Origin: Macrostomum hystrix
Lineage: Eukaryota; Animalia; Platyhelminthes
Length of the DNA stretch: 64,000 nt
Direction: 5' to 3'
Assembly (NCBI GenBank): GCA_950097015.1
Contig: CATNEN010000039.1
Span: forward strand, 6,014,001-6,078,000
Both the position numbers and the translations under genes were made by a program. A model generated the notes under the pieces. The model was not told the origin of the DNA and made no database searches. It was given only the letters and a program-made list of their open reading frames with translations. Positions 37,801-50,964 of the stretch are shown here, piece after piece. Positions within the stretch are counted from its first letter, which is position 1; every line of letters begins with the position of its first letter.

Positions 37801-38302
37801 CGAGCTGGTATGGACAAAAAATGATAACCTTCATATAATCTCGCCATGAGTCAAGAATTTTCCGATGTAAAAATATTTTTAACGTATCTGATCACGTCCA
37901 AAACCAGAGCAAGCAGATACCCCTTTTGTCGTCGTCAACACCAGAACTATTGCCGTCACTGAAAAATCTGTGCGCTCCTGTGTATTAAGATCACTTTTTC
38001 ATATGTTTTTTCGTGGAGGCTTCTGGACTCAGATTGCGACACGGGGTCAGAGACGGCAAATAGACTTGAGCTCAGATACTAAAAAATGCTGACAAAATCT
38101 GTCAAAGGTGAAAATTATACTTACAATCTGTACAACTTAAGGGCGCCAGATCATCTAGAATCAGTACATAAAAGCTAGATTCTAAGAATATTGTAATTGT
38201 CATACAATTACAAAAAACTATTGTTTAGTGTTCCAAACACTTACTATCATTATTACTAATAGTAGTTCGCTGTGGTTGATGTGTTTGTGGTAACAAATGA
38301 TG

Positions 38303-38805
38303 AATCTCTCACGGGATTTCAATGAGATTAGTCATGCAATCTCTCACAGGATTTCAATGAGATTGGTCATGCAATCTCTCACAGGATTTCAATGAGATTG
38401 GTCATGCAATCTCTCACGGGATTTCAATGAGATTGGTCATGCAATCTCTCACAGGATTTCAATGAGATTGGTCATGCAATCTCTCACAGGATTTCAATGA
38501 GATTGGTCATGCAATCTCTCACAGGATTTCAATGAGATTGGTCATGCAATCTCTCACAGGATTTCAATGAGATTGGTCATGCAATCTCTCACAGGATTTC
38601 AATGAGATTGGTCATGCAATCTCTCACAGGATTTCAATGAGATTGGTCATGCAATCTCTCACAGGATTTCAATGAGATTGGTCATGCAATCTCTCACGGG
38701 ATTTCAATGAGATTGGTCATGCAATCTCTCACGGGATTTCAATGAGATTGGTCATGCAATCTCTCACAGGATTTCAATGAGATTGGTCATGCAATCTCTT
38801 ACAGG
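38303..38805. repeat. 35-bp minisatellite (ctctcacaggatttcaatgagattggtcatgcaat)n, ~14 units
   Basis: Nearly identical tandem units with internal dyad gagattg-N6-caatctc. Confidence 0.96.
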
Positions 38806-39185
38806 CATGTTGAGCAACAGCAGGAAGCGATTGGTGACGTTAAAGTAGCCACTAGGGAGAGAAGATGGAATCCTGATTGCCTCCGAGAGATAAATTGAGT
38901 GGAGGAAAGCTCACTGGCTTCTCTGAAGTGGCTGCACTGAGTGACAATCTTGGGACCACTATTAAGGACCTGCAAAAACTATTCTAGCTGTTGAGGCAGC
39001 TCAGCCCATGGTCCGAAAGTGTGAACACTCTTTAGTCCCGCTTAATTTTTCGTCCAGAGTGTTTTGTAGCCACTTCATCAATCAACTCGTGGTGTGTACT
39101 TTCACGGAGAGGACTTCAATCAACGCCGCTACCGAGGTCGCAAAATAACAAGCGCTTCATCCAACTGCTCACTATTCTGAGTTCA

Positions 39186-40630
39186 GTCCAGTCTCTCCCT
39201 TCAGTTCAGTCTCCCTTCATTTCAGTCTCTCCCCTCATTCCAGACTCTCCCTTCATTTCAGTCTTTCCCTTCATTCCAGTCTCTCCCTTCATTCCAGTCT
39301 CTCCCTTCACTCTAGACTCTCCCTTCATTCCAGTCTCTCCCTTCATTCCAGTCTCTCCCTTCACTCTAGACTCTCCCTTCATTCCAGTCTCTCCCTTCAT
39401 TCCAGACTCTCCCTTCACTCTAGACTCTCCCTTCATTCCAGTCTCTCCCTTCCCTCTAGACTCTCCCTTCATTCCAGCCTCTCCCTTCATTCCAGTCTCT
39501 CCCTTCATTCCAGTCTCTCCCTTCATTCCAGTCTCTCCCTTCATTCCAGCCTCTCCCTTCATTCCAGTCTCTCCCTTCATTCCAGTCTCTCCCTTCATTC
39601 CAGACTCTCCCTTCATTTCAGTCTCTCCCTTCACTCCAGACTCTCCCTTCATTCCAGACTCTCCCTTCATTCCAGTCTCTCCCTTCATTCCAGCCTCTCC
39701 CTTCATTCCAGTCTCTCCCTTCATTCCAGCCTCTCCCTTCATTCCAGACTCTCCCTTCATTCCAGCCTCTCCCTTCACTCCAGACTCTCCCTTCATTCCA
39801 GTCTCTCCCTTCATTCCAGTCTCTCCCTTCATTCCAGACTCTCCCTTCATTCCAGTCTCCCTTCATTCCAGTCTCTCTTTTATTTCAGTCTCTCCCTTCA
39901 CTCCAGACTCTCCCTTCATTCCAGCCTCTCCCTTCATTCCAGTCTCTCCCTTCATTCCAGTCTCTCCCTTCATTCCAGTCTCTCCCTTCACTCTAGACTC
40001 TCCCTTCATTCCAGTCTCTCCCTTCACTCCAGACTCTCCCTTCATTCCAGTCTCTCCTTCATTCCAGTCTCTCCCTTTATTCCAGTCTCTCCTTCATTCC
40101 AGTCTCTCCCTTCATTTCAGTCTCTCCCCTCATTCCAGTCTCTCCCTTCATTCCAGTCTCTCCTTCATTTCAGTCTCTCCCCTCATTCCAGTCTCTCCCT
40201 TCATTCCAGTCTCCCTTCATTCCAGTCTCTGCCTTCATTCCAGTCTCTGCCTTCATTTCAGTCTCTCCCCTCATTCCAGTCTCTCCCTTCATTTCAGTCT
40301 CTCCTTCATTTCAGTCTCTCCCCTTATTCCAGTCTCTCGCTTCATTTCAGTCTCTCCTTCATTTCAGTCTCTCCCCTCATTCCAGTCTCTCCCTTTATTC
40401 CAGTCTCTGCCTTCATTCCAGTCTCTGCCTTCATTCCAGTCTCTGCCTTCATTCCAGTCTCTGCCTTCATTCCAGTCTCTGCCTTCATTCCAGTCTCTGC
40501 CTTCATTCCAGTCTCCCTTCATTCCAGTCTCTCCTTCATTCCAGTCTCTCCCTTCATTCCAGTCTCTCCCTTCATTTCAGTATCTCCTTCATTCCAGTCT
40601 TCTCCCTTCACTCCAGTCTTCTCCCTTCAC
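39186..40630. repeat. 18-bp minisatellite (cagtctctcccttcattc)n
   Basis: Direct; produces the spurious collagen-like MKGETG ORFs. Confidence 0.96.
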
Positions 40631-41053
40631 AAGAGCAGTTCCATTCCGTCAATGGGATTCTTGAATGCTCAGTTCTCAGCCCATCTACCCAGTGCGGCCG
40701 CGTTATCCTAGCTGTCCACTCTAATCACGGTGAAGAGGCCACAGATCTGATGCGGCTAACTATTCCCTGCCCATTTATGCCTGCAAATTTCATAGGCGCC
40801 TGGACTGAGAGATGCAGCTGTGTGATGAAGCGAGGCAAGATGCGCAGCTGGGACCTGAAATCCTCTTCCAACAGCCTAACTCCCAGCTGACGCCGGAGCT
40901 CTACTTAAATCCGCTTGGATTTTATAAAATTTGCCTGGCTTACTCGTAAACAATGCTAGCCTCCTTCTCGCCAGCATTTCTTGTTCGCTTTTAAACAATC
41001 ATTTCAACGACTTCAAACCCTTGGTGATGAACTGCAAAATTTCCGCTTGATTT

Positions 41054-41343
41054 TGTGTCTCAGTGTGTGTGTCAGTGTGTGTGTCAGCTGTGTGTGTCAG
41101 CTGTGTGTGTCAGCTGTGTGTGTCAGTGTGTGTGTCAGCTATGTGTCAGTGTGTGTCAGCTGTGTGTCAGTGTGTGTGTCAGCTGTGTGTCAGTGTGTGT
41201 CAGCTGTGTGTGTCAGCTGTGTGTGTCAGCTGTGTGTGTCAGTGTGTGTCAGCTATGTGTCAGTGTGTGTCAGCTATGTGTCAGTGTGTGTCAGCTGTGT
41301 CAGTGTGTGTGTCAGCTGTCTGTCAGTGTGTATGTCAGTGTGT
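41054..41343. repeat. (GT)n-cagc compound microsatellite
   Basis: Direct. Confidence 0.93.
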
Positions 41344-42079
41344 TCAGGGAAGGTCGGGCCACTCCACGGCTCATTGCTTGGCTTTCTGGCTCCCATTGAG
41401 TTATCAGATGGGAGATCAGATTGAAGGAATCGGTAGGGCCAAGATTTCCCACAGCTAAAATTTGCCTGTCCTGCTCGAAGCAATGAGTGGCAGAGCACAA
41501 GAGAGAGAGCAGCATGCCCGCGCTAGGGCAGCCAAATCGAATGGACTGGGCGTCTCCATGACAACGCGGAAAGCATTACTGCGAGGAGAAACTTCAGGCA
41601 AAAGGCTGGGAGCAAAATCTAATAGGTAGGCGGAGGGGGGTCGGCATCCCGACTTTAACCACCCCCCGCCCATTCGAAAGCCTTCCTTCCTGAGCCCAAA
41701 TCCTCGATTCAAATCCTAACACTGCTTTTTCTTCCCCTTTCTACCCGAGCTCGAGCAGCTTCCCTTTAGTATCTCTTCTATCTCTTCCCCCCGTCCCTCG
41801 TCTGACTGTCCGTCTATTCTTGATTAATCTGTTCGATAAACAGACTCGTCCTCGTCACAGCTCCGAGCCCTCTGCCTCCCTTCCAGGCCATGTCCAAAGC
41901 GACTCCCGCTGCCAGGTTACTGATTGGCCAAAAGCCGAACGGGGCCCAGGGTGGGACAGGCGGACGGGCAGTTTCACAGCAGAGCAGTGCGCGCTGTAGT
42001 TAAAATAGCGGCCGAGGACACGGCCGGGGAGAGCCGAAGTTCTGGACGGAACCTGCGACTCATATCCGGGCCTCTCAGA

Positions 42080-45000
42080 ATGCACAGCGTGTTCCCCTAT
42101 GCAATGCCCTGCCAGGTGCGCCAGCTGGCACTGCTGGAGGCCGGCTGCCAGCCCTGGAACTCGGACACTCTCGCCTGCTCGCCAGACGCCAGCCGGTTCG
42201 CCTTCGCCGCCACCCTGGCTGTCTACGTCTACGAGAAGGCCTCACCGGAGGCTCCGCACCAGCTGGTGGCGGTGATGTCTAGCCACCGCAAGACCATCAC
42301 CTCCCTTGCTTGGCACCCGGCAGACTCGAACCTGTTCGCCTCGGCTAGCACTGATCCCCTCCTGCTGGTGTGGAACGTCCGTCGGCAGGCTCCCGTGGCG
42401 CAGATTTCTGGTCCCGAGCTGCCCTCGCTAATTCAGCCGCGCTGCCTGGCCTTCCTGCCGCACAGCCACGGCACTCTTGGCTTCCTGGACGGCTCTGGCC
42501 CGCTGCTGCTGTGGAACTATGCCGGCGACTGCGCGTTGGCTAGTCACGTGACAAGCGTAGTCAGCGGCTTAGCGACGGCTCCGGGGACTTCTTCAGGGAC
42601 GTTGTCAAACGCGCCGGCACCGTCGGTGCACAAAGAGAGTCAGGCCCTGGCCGCGCAGGTTACTGTCTACCGATGGCATCCAGGCGGCTGCGCGGCCACC
42701 GCGGGCCTGCTGGCCCTCGGTCACGAGGACGGAACTCTGAGCGTGCTCAGACCGGGCCGGAAGAGTCTGCGCAAGGTCACATTTCTAGACAGCGACGAGG
42801 ACTTCGACGAGGAAGCCGATGACGCCGTGCTAGGCATGGAGTGGGACTCCGCCTCGCAGAGTTACCTGCTACTGGACTGTCGCTGCACTGGCCTGCGCGT
42901 AGTCGACGTTGATGCGCAGACAACCCTTGCAGCATTCCAGCAGCCAGCTAATGCAGCACCGTCGCCCAGCCTCGCCTGGCTGCCCGACGCACCGGGGCTG
43001 TTTGCTGCCGGAGACTCAACCGTTGGAGTCATTCGCGTCTACACCGTTGCCAAGGCGACGCCGTTAGAGACGCTGCGCCTAAAGCGGGCCGGATTTCGCA
43101 ACCTGCGAGTTGTCCGGTCACCAACGACTGCGAACGAAGGCTCTGCTGGCACAGCTGGCGCGGTCGAGAGCACGTCATCGTCTGGCCAACTGTTGCCGGA
43201 TTGCCTCCTTCTCTGCACTTTCCTGGATGGCGGCGTCGGCCTGTTCGACCTGCGCCGGCGTGACTGGCACTTCCTGCGCGAAATGGGCCATGTGGAGACC
43301 GTCTTCGACTGCCAGTTTAGCCCGCGCGACGAGAACCTACTGGCCACCGGCAGCTTCGACGGCACCGTGAAACTCTGGCGCCTCGGAAGTGGCCCAGGCG
43401 CCGGAGCCAGCGGAAGCGGCGGTGGCTGCCTTAGTGGTTTTTCGCCGCTGCAGAGTTCGCCAGGCAACGAGGGCATCGTCTACAGCATCGCCTGGAGCGC
43501 CGACGGCAGCAGAATCGCTGGCGCTACCGCTAAGAACGGCATCTTTGTTTACAACGTAGCCACTGGTGCCATCGAAGCTTGTCGCTTCGAGGAGCACGGC
43601 GCCAACGCCGTCTACTGCGTCAGCTGGAACTGCCGTCCGCCGCACCAGCTGGCGTCTGCCTCGGCTGACTGCAGTTGCATTGTGCGCTGCCTCGATGGCG
43701 ACGCCGACGGCGAAGGCAACGCTGCTGGCACAGTGGGAACAGTTCGTAGACTCGCACATCCCGCGCCAGTGTTCGGCGTCGCGTGGCACCAGCAGACGCG
43801 GGACATTCTGGCCACGGCCTGCGAGGACAAGGCGGTGCGCGTGTACTACCTGGGGGGCAGCGGAACCGGTGACCGGCCGAGTCGGCTGTTCACCGGCCAC
43901 TCCAGCAAGGTGTTCGGCGTCCGTTGGTCGCCGCTGCGCGACAGCTATCTTTGCAGTGGCTCTGACGATGGAACCATCCGAGTCTGGGACTGCACCGGCG
44001 AGAAGAGCGTCGCCCATCTGAAGGGCCACACGGGGCCGGTGCGAGGCCTGGCCTGGCACACGGAGCTGGCGCACCTGCTGCTCTCAGGCAGCTGGGACTG
44101 TCACATCCACTGCTGGGACATCCGCGATGGCTCCTGCCTCGCTGCAGTGGCCGATCATCGCGCCGACGTCTACGGACTCAGCCTGCATCCGCGCCGGCCA
44201 ATGTTGCTAGCCTCGTGCTCTCGCGATTCCACACTGCGGCTCTGGTCCATGACGGAGCTGGCGGGGCCGCTCCCGACCTGTCTGCTGTTTCGCAGCCTCG
44301 CCGAGGCCTGCTTCGCCCCGGCTGAGGCCGTCCTCAAGCAGCCAGGCCTCATCGCCTTGTCCGGAGCGGAGTCCAGGCGGCTACAACGCTCTGCAGGCGT
44401 CGATGCGGGCGACCAGCAGCTGACATTATTTTTGCACGCCAGTCCAGCTGCCGGCGACTTGCGCAATCTTCACCGTGTTGCAGTCGCTGGCGAACCGTCT
44501 GCCGCGCTCGGCGATGCCTACGGCCGGCCAGGAGGTCACGTGGCCGCGCGCGATCTTTTGAAGTTTGCCACCGGTCAGGCGCAGCGGCTTGAGTCTGTGT
44601 CTTCTACATCCAGCTCGATGTCGTCAAGTCGTCGGCGCCAACTGGCTGACGCAGCCTCAGCGCATCTCCGCTGCGGCAACCTTCGTCGCTACTGCCAACT
44701 GCTGGCGGAGCTGGGCAAATGGGAGCGCGCGCTTGCGCTAGCGCCTGGCGTCGGCGCCGACTTCTGGCGTCAAATGTGCCGCCAGTTCGCGGCCACATCG
44801 AGTTCAGGCACCGCCACGGCCGCCCTCGAGCTGGACGATCTGGTGGCATTCGCTGTAGCCACCGGGGACGCGGATAGAGCTGTTAGGCTGCTCAAAGGGC
44901 ACGGAAAATTTCCTGAAGCCCTGCTTGTTGCGCAGGCCGCCGGCGAGGGTCTCTTTCCTGGCGGCGACCCTGGCTGCTTATCGGATAACGAAGCGTCACC

Positions 45001-47917
45001 TCATCAGGGCCGAGGCCGCTCCGCTGGCTGGCTGGATCGAGGCGCGTGGGCCACCTTGGCCGACTCGTTCTATTGTCGTGGCCAACCAGTGGACGCCGCG
45101 TGCTGTCATCTGGCTTGCGGGCAGCTCGAAGCCGCCCTGTCAAAACTGCTGCGCGCCAACGAGCTTGACTTGGCTCTCTGGCTGGTGGTACAAGAGGATC
45201 GTCGGCGAGGCGGCGATGCCGATGCGCACGGTGCCGCCTGCCGCAGGCTGATCGACCTGACCGTTGAGTGGAGCATCCTGCGGCTGGATCGGCTGGCTGG
45301 CCTCGACCTACGGCGCCGGGCTGAACTGGCGGCTCACCTCGCGCGGCTGCACAGCTCGACCGCAGCCGGGGCAGGTGGCGCTGAAATCGCCGTCAGAGGC
45401 AACGACCAGCTGGTGCGTTTCGCTTGTCGCTTCTCTGCCGCGGCTAGCGACATCGATGCTCTACACCGGCAGCTGGGTCTACCAGATCTGGAGGCCTGTT
45501 TGGCTGCCGCCGAGCGGCTGACAGCGTCGTCGGCATCGGCGTCGAATGATCAGCGAAGCCAGCTGGAAATCGTCGGACTATACCTGATGTCTTCGAATCC
45601 CTTGGCTGGCCTAGAGTTTGGTCTGTCGGCTGTTCGGCAAATCATCGCTAGCCGGGAGGTACCGTGGACGCTGGACTCCGTGGACGGTCTCGTGACTCTG
45701 ATGAGCTGCGTACGGACCGGTGAGCGTTGGCTGTTATAAGGCGACGCCAAATTTATCGATTGATTTAGTTCTGTATGCAGGAGGTCGGTGGCAGAGCGGT
45801 TAACGCCTCTTGCGCCAAAGTCCCTAAGCTCGATTCCGCGGCGAGGCCACATTTATTTGGGGCGCAGCCGCGGAGAGAAGGCTTGGGGGATTGTCACGCA
45901 ATTTACGCCCTTGAGGATGAACCTCCAAGGCACATTGAAGTGTACACTGCCTGACGATGAGAAAGTCAGGGCAGATGTACACACCTTTGTTAGCGTGTGC
46001 CTGCGTCTGTGTGCGTGGGTGCTCAGGAGTCAGTGGAATGGGCAGAATTGCCTCCTCGCTGGATGCGGGTCTAGTGTCACGAAATAATGTGCGTTTGCCC
46101 GTAGCCCTCCTGCAATTACTATTATTATTATTAATATTATAATTATAGCTGTGGAGGCAGGGTGTGAAATGGCGGTCTCCCAATTTTAACCAGTGGTTTG
46201 GAAAGGGGAACGTGTGAAACGACGACCCCAAATTTATCGATTGACTTATCCGAGTCTGTGGGTGCGGAGAAAGTGTGTAAGAAAGACAGGGCAAAATTTT
46301 AGCTTGGATCAAGCAGGGTGTGAAAACGCGGACCCAAGTTGGGGAGGGGCTATTCGTGAGCTTGGGCGCCGAGCCTTGATATCTCAGTCTTGGCTGTTTT
46401 ATGCCTGTAGGAATATGGCTTCGATGTTGGCTTAATTTGACTGCTCCCTGTCAATTTTTTGTGAACAAAAATGGATGGCTTCAAATCGACCTTGCTTACC
46501 CGCGTAGAGTGTAGATGGGAAGTCAAGTTGGGCGTGATTTTTTGTCACGCAAGTTGCTCCTCCTCCATCCAGTTTCAGGCATCAGGAAGAGTGACAGAGT
46601 AAGAGACGAAGCGAGGGCTGCTCTTTCAGAGTGTACTTTTAAAGCTGAGATAAAATTTACGACAGCGCTCAGAAATTATTTGTTGAGTTGGGGAGAGATA
46701 AAAAATGGTAGACGAAAGTACAGGATAATAAAAATGGGTATAGCAGCCATGCTTTCAATGACCCTGCATTGGGACTGGATAAAAAATCTTGTCACAAAAT
46801 TAAAATATAAAATCACTGCCAAATTCAAGATAATATATTGCTCGAAATATTATTATTATGAACTTTCAATATTAACTGTCTAACCATTTTGCTGGGAGGG
46901 TGTACCGTAGGTGCGAAGCCTACTATTTTAAAACTACTATTGAATTGAAAGGGTCTGGCTGGGATGGTGTTTCGTAGGTGCGAAGCCTACTATTTTAAAA
47001 CTACCATTGAATTGAAAGGGTCTGGCTGGGAGGGTGTTTCGTAGGTGTGAAGCCTACATTGTAAAACTACCATTGAATTGAAAGGGTCTGGCTGGGAGGG
47101 TGTTTCGTAGGTGTGAAGCCTACGTTTTTGCGACATTTAGAAGATTTCTCTAGGTTGGGTGAATTCGGGCAAAGCTCCTCAATTTTAAAGAGATTCGTGG
47201 ACTGAATTGTCCGTGTGTGACTGTTGTCGTTATATTCACCAATTATAATTTTATATCCCAGAGATAAGACAATAATACTTTATGAAATTGAAAAACCTTT
47301 CATGGGTCCCGAGTTCTGAACCCGCTCTGAAACGCACCGACCCTTAAAAAGGCAAGCTGCAACAGGCTTCGGCAGTGCAGGAGAAGAACGAGCTGCTGTT
47401 CCTGTCAACCTACATTGGCGCCCTGAAGGCCATTCGGCGGGGCTACAACTCGGTGGTGGCGCCGCTGTTCCGACAGTCGCGGCTGCACTACGAGCGCCAC
47501 AAGCAGGCCCTGCAGCACGCTTTCGGCCGGCAGCTGACCGGCGCCCAGCTGGACAAGGAGCTACACGCCTGGAAGCTCATGAGTCGCTCGGCTGCCTCCG
47601 CCAGCGGCTGCGGCGGCTCCCCACCAGACGCTCGACGTCTACCGGAGGACACTCGGGCCGTCTGGCTGGCGCTGGTGCACCGCTGCGGCAGAGACGACAC
47701 CGACGGCCTGGAGGTTGGCGAGGATATCGTCGCCGGCTCGGCGCTGCCGTACCACTCCGACTGCGAGGTCTGCTATTTCGACGACAGACGCATCCGCGGC
47801 CCGGCCTTCCACCTCGAGGATGGGCGAAGCGCAATCGGATTGAACGACGCCGCCATGTGGGCCAAGGTTAACGCCTTCTCGCCCAGCATGACTGGCGCCA
47901 GAATAAATCCCTTCTGA
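42080..47917 (+). CDS. WDR17: WD repeat-containing protein 17. Exons 42080(or 42104)-45719 and 47352-47917 (~1400 aa)
   Basis: QVRQLALLEAGCQPWN...FAFAATLAVYVY, HRKTITSLAW, FLREMGHVETVFDCQF, SPGNEGIVYSIAW, many WD40 repeats, and C-terminal LNDAAMWAKVNAFSPSMTGARINPF match recalled WDR17. Junction G|gtgag...aag|GC keeps frame; start codon uncertain. Confidence 0.9.
45781..46146 (+). mobile_element. tRNA-derived SINE copy 2 (WDR17 intron)
   Basis: Colinear with 35629-35992, with an ATT-rich tail. Confidence 0.88.
46890..47124. repeat. ~67-bp tandem repeat, 3.5 copies, each with the hairpin gtagg-tgygaag-cctac
   Basis: Direct. Confidence 0.85.
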
Positions 47918-48024
47918 TGTCCTCATCGACCCTATCGCATGTCCTAGTTTCAATGACCTATTAAACTAGTTCCTTAGTATTTATTCGATACATAATTAGT
48001 TTGGCCATAGACTAATATCTATAG

Positions 48025-48092
48025 CAGGGGTCGAAAAACTCCGGCCCGCGGGCCAGATGCGGCCCTCGAAGCTCCCAAATCCGGCCCGTCAC
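48025..48092 (+). mobile_element. hAT (Charlie/Buster-like) DNA transposon end fragment
   Basis: CAGGGGTCGAAAAACTCCGGCCCGCGGGCCAGATGCGGCCC resembles the typical CAGGGGT...CGGCCCGCGGGCC hAT terminus; no partner end found. Confidence 0.6.
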
Positions 48093-48147
48093 CCCTTCTG
48101 ACATCTATAGTATCCTGTTTCATTTTTCTCATCTCATCAATCCTGAG

Positions 48148-50272
48148 TCTCATCCCTCCCCTGTATCATCCCTCCCCTGTCTCATCCCTCCCCTATCTAA
48201 TCTCTCCCGTCTCATCTCTCCCGTCTCATCTCTCCCCTGTCTCACCCCTCCCCTGTCTCATCCCTCCCCTGTCTCACCCCTCCCCTGTATCATCTCTCTC
48301 CTGTATCATCCCTCCCCTGTCTCATCTCTCCCCTGTATCATCCCTCCCCTGTCTCACCCCTCGCCTGTCTCATCCCTCCCCTGTCTCACCCCTCCCCTGT
48401 CTCATCCCTCCCCTTTATCAACCCTCCCGTCTCATCCCTCCCCTGTCTCATCTCTCCCCTGTCTCATCTCTCCCCTGACTATCTCTCCCCTGTCTCACCC
48501 CTCCCCTGTCTCATCTCTCCCCTGTATCATCCCTCCCCTGTCTCATCTCTCCCCTGACTATCTCTCCCCTGTCTCACCCCTCGCCTGTCTCATCCCTCCC
48601 CTGTCTCACCCCTCCCCTGTCTCATCCCTCCCCTGTATCAACCCTCCCGTCTCATCTCTCCCCTGTCTCATCTCTCCCCTGACTATCTCTCCCCTGTCTC
48701 ATCCCTCCCCTGTCTCATCTCTCCCCTGTCTCATCTCTCCCCTGTCTCATCTCTCCCCTGACTATCTCTCCCCTTTCTCATCCCTCCCCTGTCTCATCCC
48801 TCCCCTGTCTCACCCTTCCCCTGTCTCACCCCTCCCCTGTCTCACCCCTCCCCTGTCTCATCTCTCCCCTGTATCATCCCTCCCCTGTCTCATCTCTCCC
48901 CTGACTATCTCTCCCCTGTCTCACCCCTCGCCTGTCTCATCCCTCCCCTGTCTCACCCCTCCCCTGTCTCATCCCTCCCCTGTATCAACCCTCCCGTCTC
49001 ATCTCTCCCCTGTCTCATCTCTCCCCTGACTATCTCTCCCCTGTCTCATCCCTCCCCTGTCTCATCTCTCCCCTGTCTCATCTCTCCCCTGTCTCATCTC
49101 TCCCCTGACTATCTCTCCCCTTTCTCATCCCTCCCCTGTCTCATCCCTCCCCTGTCTCACCCTTCCCCTGTCTCACCCCTCCCCTGTCTCACCCCTCCCC
49201 TGTCTCATCTCTCCCCTGTATCATCCCTCCCCTGTCTCACCCTTCCCCTGTCTCACCCCTCCCCTGTCTCACCCCTCCCCTGTCTCATCTCTCCCCTGTC
49301 TCATCTCTCCCCTGACTATCTCTCCCCTGTCTCATCTCTCCCCTGTATCATCCCTCCCCTGTCTCATCCCTCCCCTGTCTCATCCCTCCCCTATCTAATC
49401 TCTCCCGTCTCATCTCTCCCGTCTCATCTCTCCCCTGTCTCACCCCTCCCCTGTCTCATCCCTCCCCTGTCTCATCCCTCCCTTGTATCATCCCTCCCGT
49501 CTCATCCCTCCCCTGTCTCATCTCTCCCCTGACTATCTCTCCCCTGTCTCATCTCTCCCCTGTCTCATCCCTCCCCTGTCTCATCTCTCCCCTGTCTCAT
49601 CTCTCTCCTGTATCATCCCTCCCCTGTCTCATCTCTCCCCTATATCATCCCTCCCCTGTCTCACCCCTCGCCTGTCTCACCCCTCCCCTGTCTCATCCCT
49701 CCCCTGTATCAACCCTCCCGTCTCATCCCTCCCCTGTCTCATCTCTCCCCTGACTATCTCTCCCCTGTCTCATCCCTCCCCTGTCTCATCTCTCCCCTTT
49801 CTCATCCCTCCCCTGTCTCATCCCTCCCCTGTCTCACCCTTCCCCTGTCTCACCCTTCCCCTGTCTCACCCCTCCCCTGTCTCACCCCTCCCCTGTCTCA
49901 TCTCTCCCCTGTCTCATCTCTCCCCTGACTATCTCTCCCCTGTCTCATCCCTCCCCTGTCTCATCCCTCCCCTGTCTCACCCCTCCCCTGTCTCACCCCT
50001 CCCCTGTCTCACCCCTCCCCTGTCTCACCCCTCCCCTGTCTCACCCCTCCCCTGTCTCACCCCTCCCCTGTCTCACCCCTCCCCTGTCTCACCCCTCCCC
50101 TGTCTCACCCCTCCCCTGTCTCATCTCTCCCCTGTCTCATCTCTCCCCTGACTATCTCTCCCCTGTCTCACCCCTCCCCTGTCTCACCCCTCCTCTGTCT
50201 CATCTCTCCCCTGTCTCATCCCTCCCCTGTCTCACCCCTCCCCTGTCTCATCCCTCCTGTCTCAGTCTCATC
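48148..50272. repeat. 17-bp pyrimidine-rich minisatellite (tgtctcatccctcccc-type) with higher-order repeats
   Basis: Direct. Confidence 0.96.
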
Positions 50273-50410
50273 TATCTTCTGTCTATACACAAGAAATAAT
50301 TGTGCATAAAAAACTAAAAATGACCACCGTCATTGGTTTGTCTCTAGCCGTAGTCGCAAGCTCATAGAAATCAATTAGATGACTGTACTCATCTCTCACT
50401 CTCACTATAC

Positions 50411-50692
50411 ACTAGACCTGCAACCAGCGAGGAGGCAATTCTGCCAATTTCGCTGACTCTCCTGAGCAAACACCCACACAGATACGCTGATACGAACGCA
50501 GGTGGGAACTAACACAGGTGTAGTACATCTGCCAAGACTTTCTGATCGTCAGGCAGTGTACACTTTCACTGTGCCTTGGAGGTTGGCCCTCAAGGACAAG
50601 GACGCAAATTGCACGACAAGCCCCAAAGCCTTCTCTCCGCGGCTGCGCCTTAAATGAATGTGGCCTCGCCGCGGAATCGAGTTAGTGGACCT
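50411..50692 (-). mobile_element. tRNA-derived SINE copy 3, truncated at both ends
   Basis: Reverse complement matches the SINE body (ggccacatt...gcgcagccgcggagagaagg...gcctcctcgctgg). Confidence 0.85.
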
Positions 50693-50964
50693 CCCCTAGA
50701 GTTAAATCTTGAGCAGATCTAGAGTACTACGAGTATACCCTTGAACCCTTTTAAATGTATTATTTTTAGTCACATCGGTAGGCGAGTCTGGCGTTGGCCC
50801 CTTTCTACTGCGGAGTTTCCTTTACATTTGAGATTCAAGTCGCTATATACTCGTACTCAATAGGAATAAATTCTGATGATTTTTTCTGTTGTCGGCGTAC
50901 AAATTGACGGCCAGTTTTCACAGCTTAGAAAGCTCTACGGCTGCAGGGAGCAGTCGTATGTACG

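Noticed and set aside
38303-38805. 35-bp repeat with internal dyad resembling a CRISPR repeat
   Set aside because: Units are head-to-tail with no spacers, there are no cas genes, and the context is eukaryotic.
39206-40045. Collagen-like Gly-X-Y ORFs (MKGETG)n
   Set aside because: They come from an 18-bp minisatellite with frame-breaking indels, no third-position variation pattern and no signal peptide or flanking domains.
41924-42079. N-terminal extension of WDR17 from the TTG start in the ORF track
   Set aside because: Non-ATG start and no recognisable similarity before the ATGs at 42080/42104.
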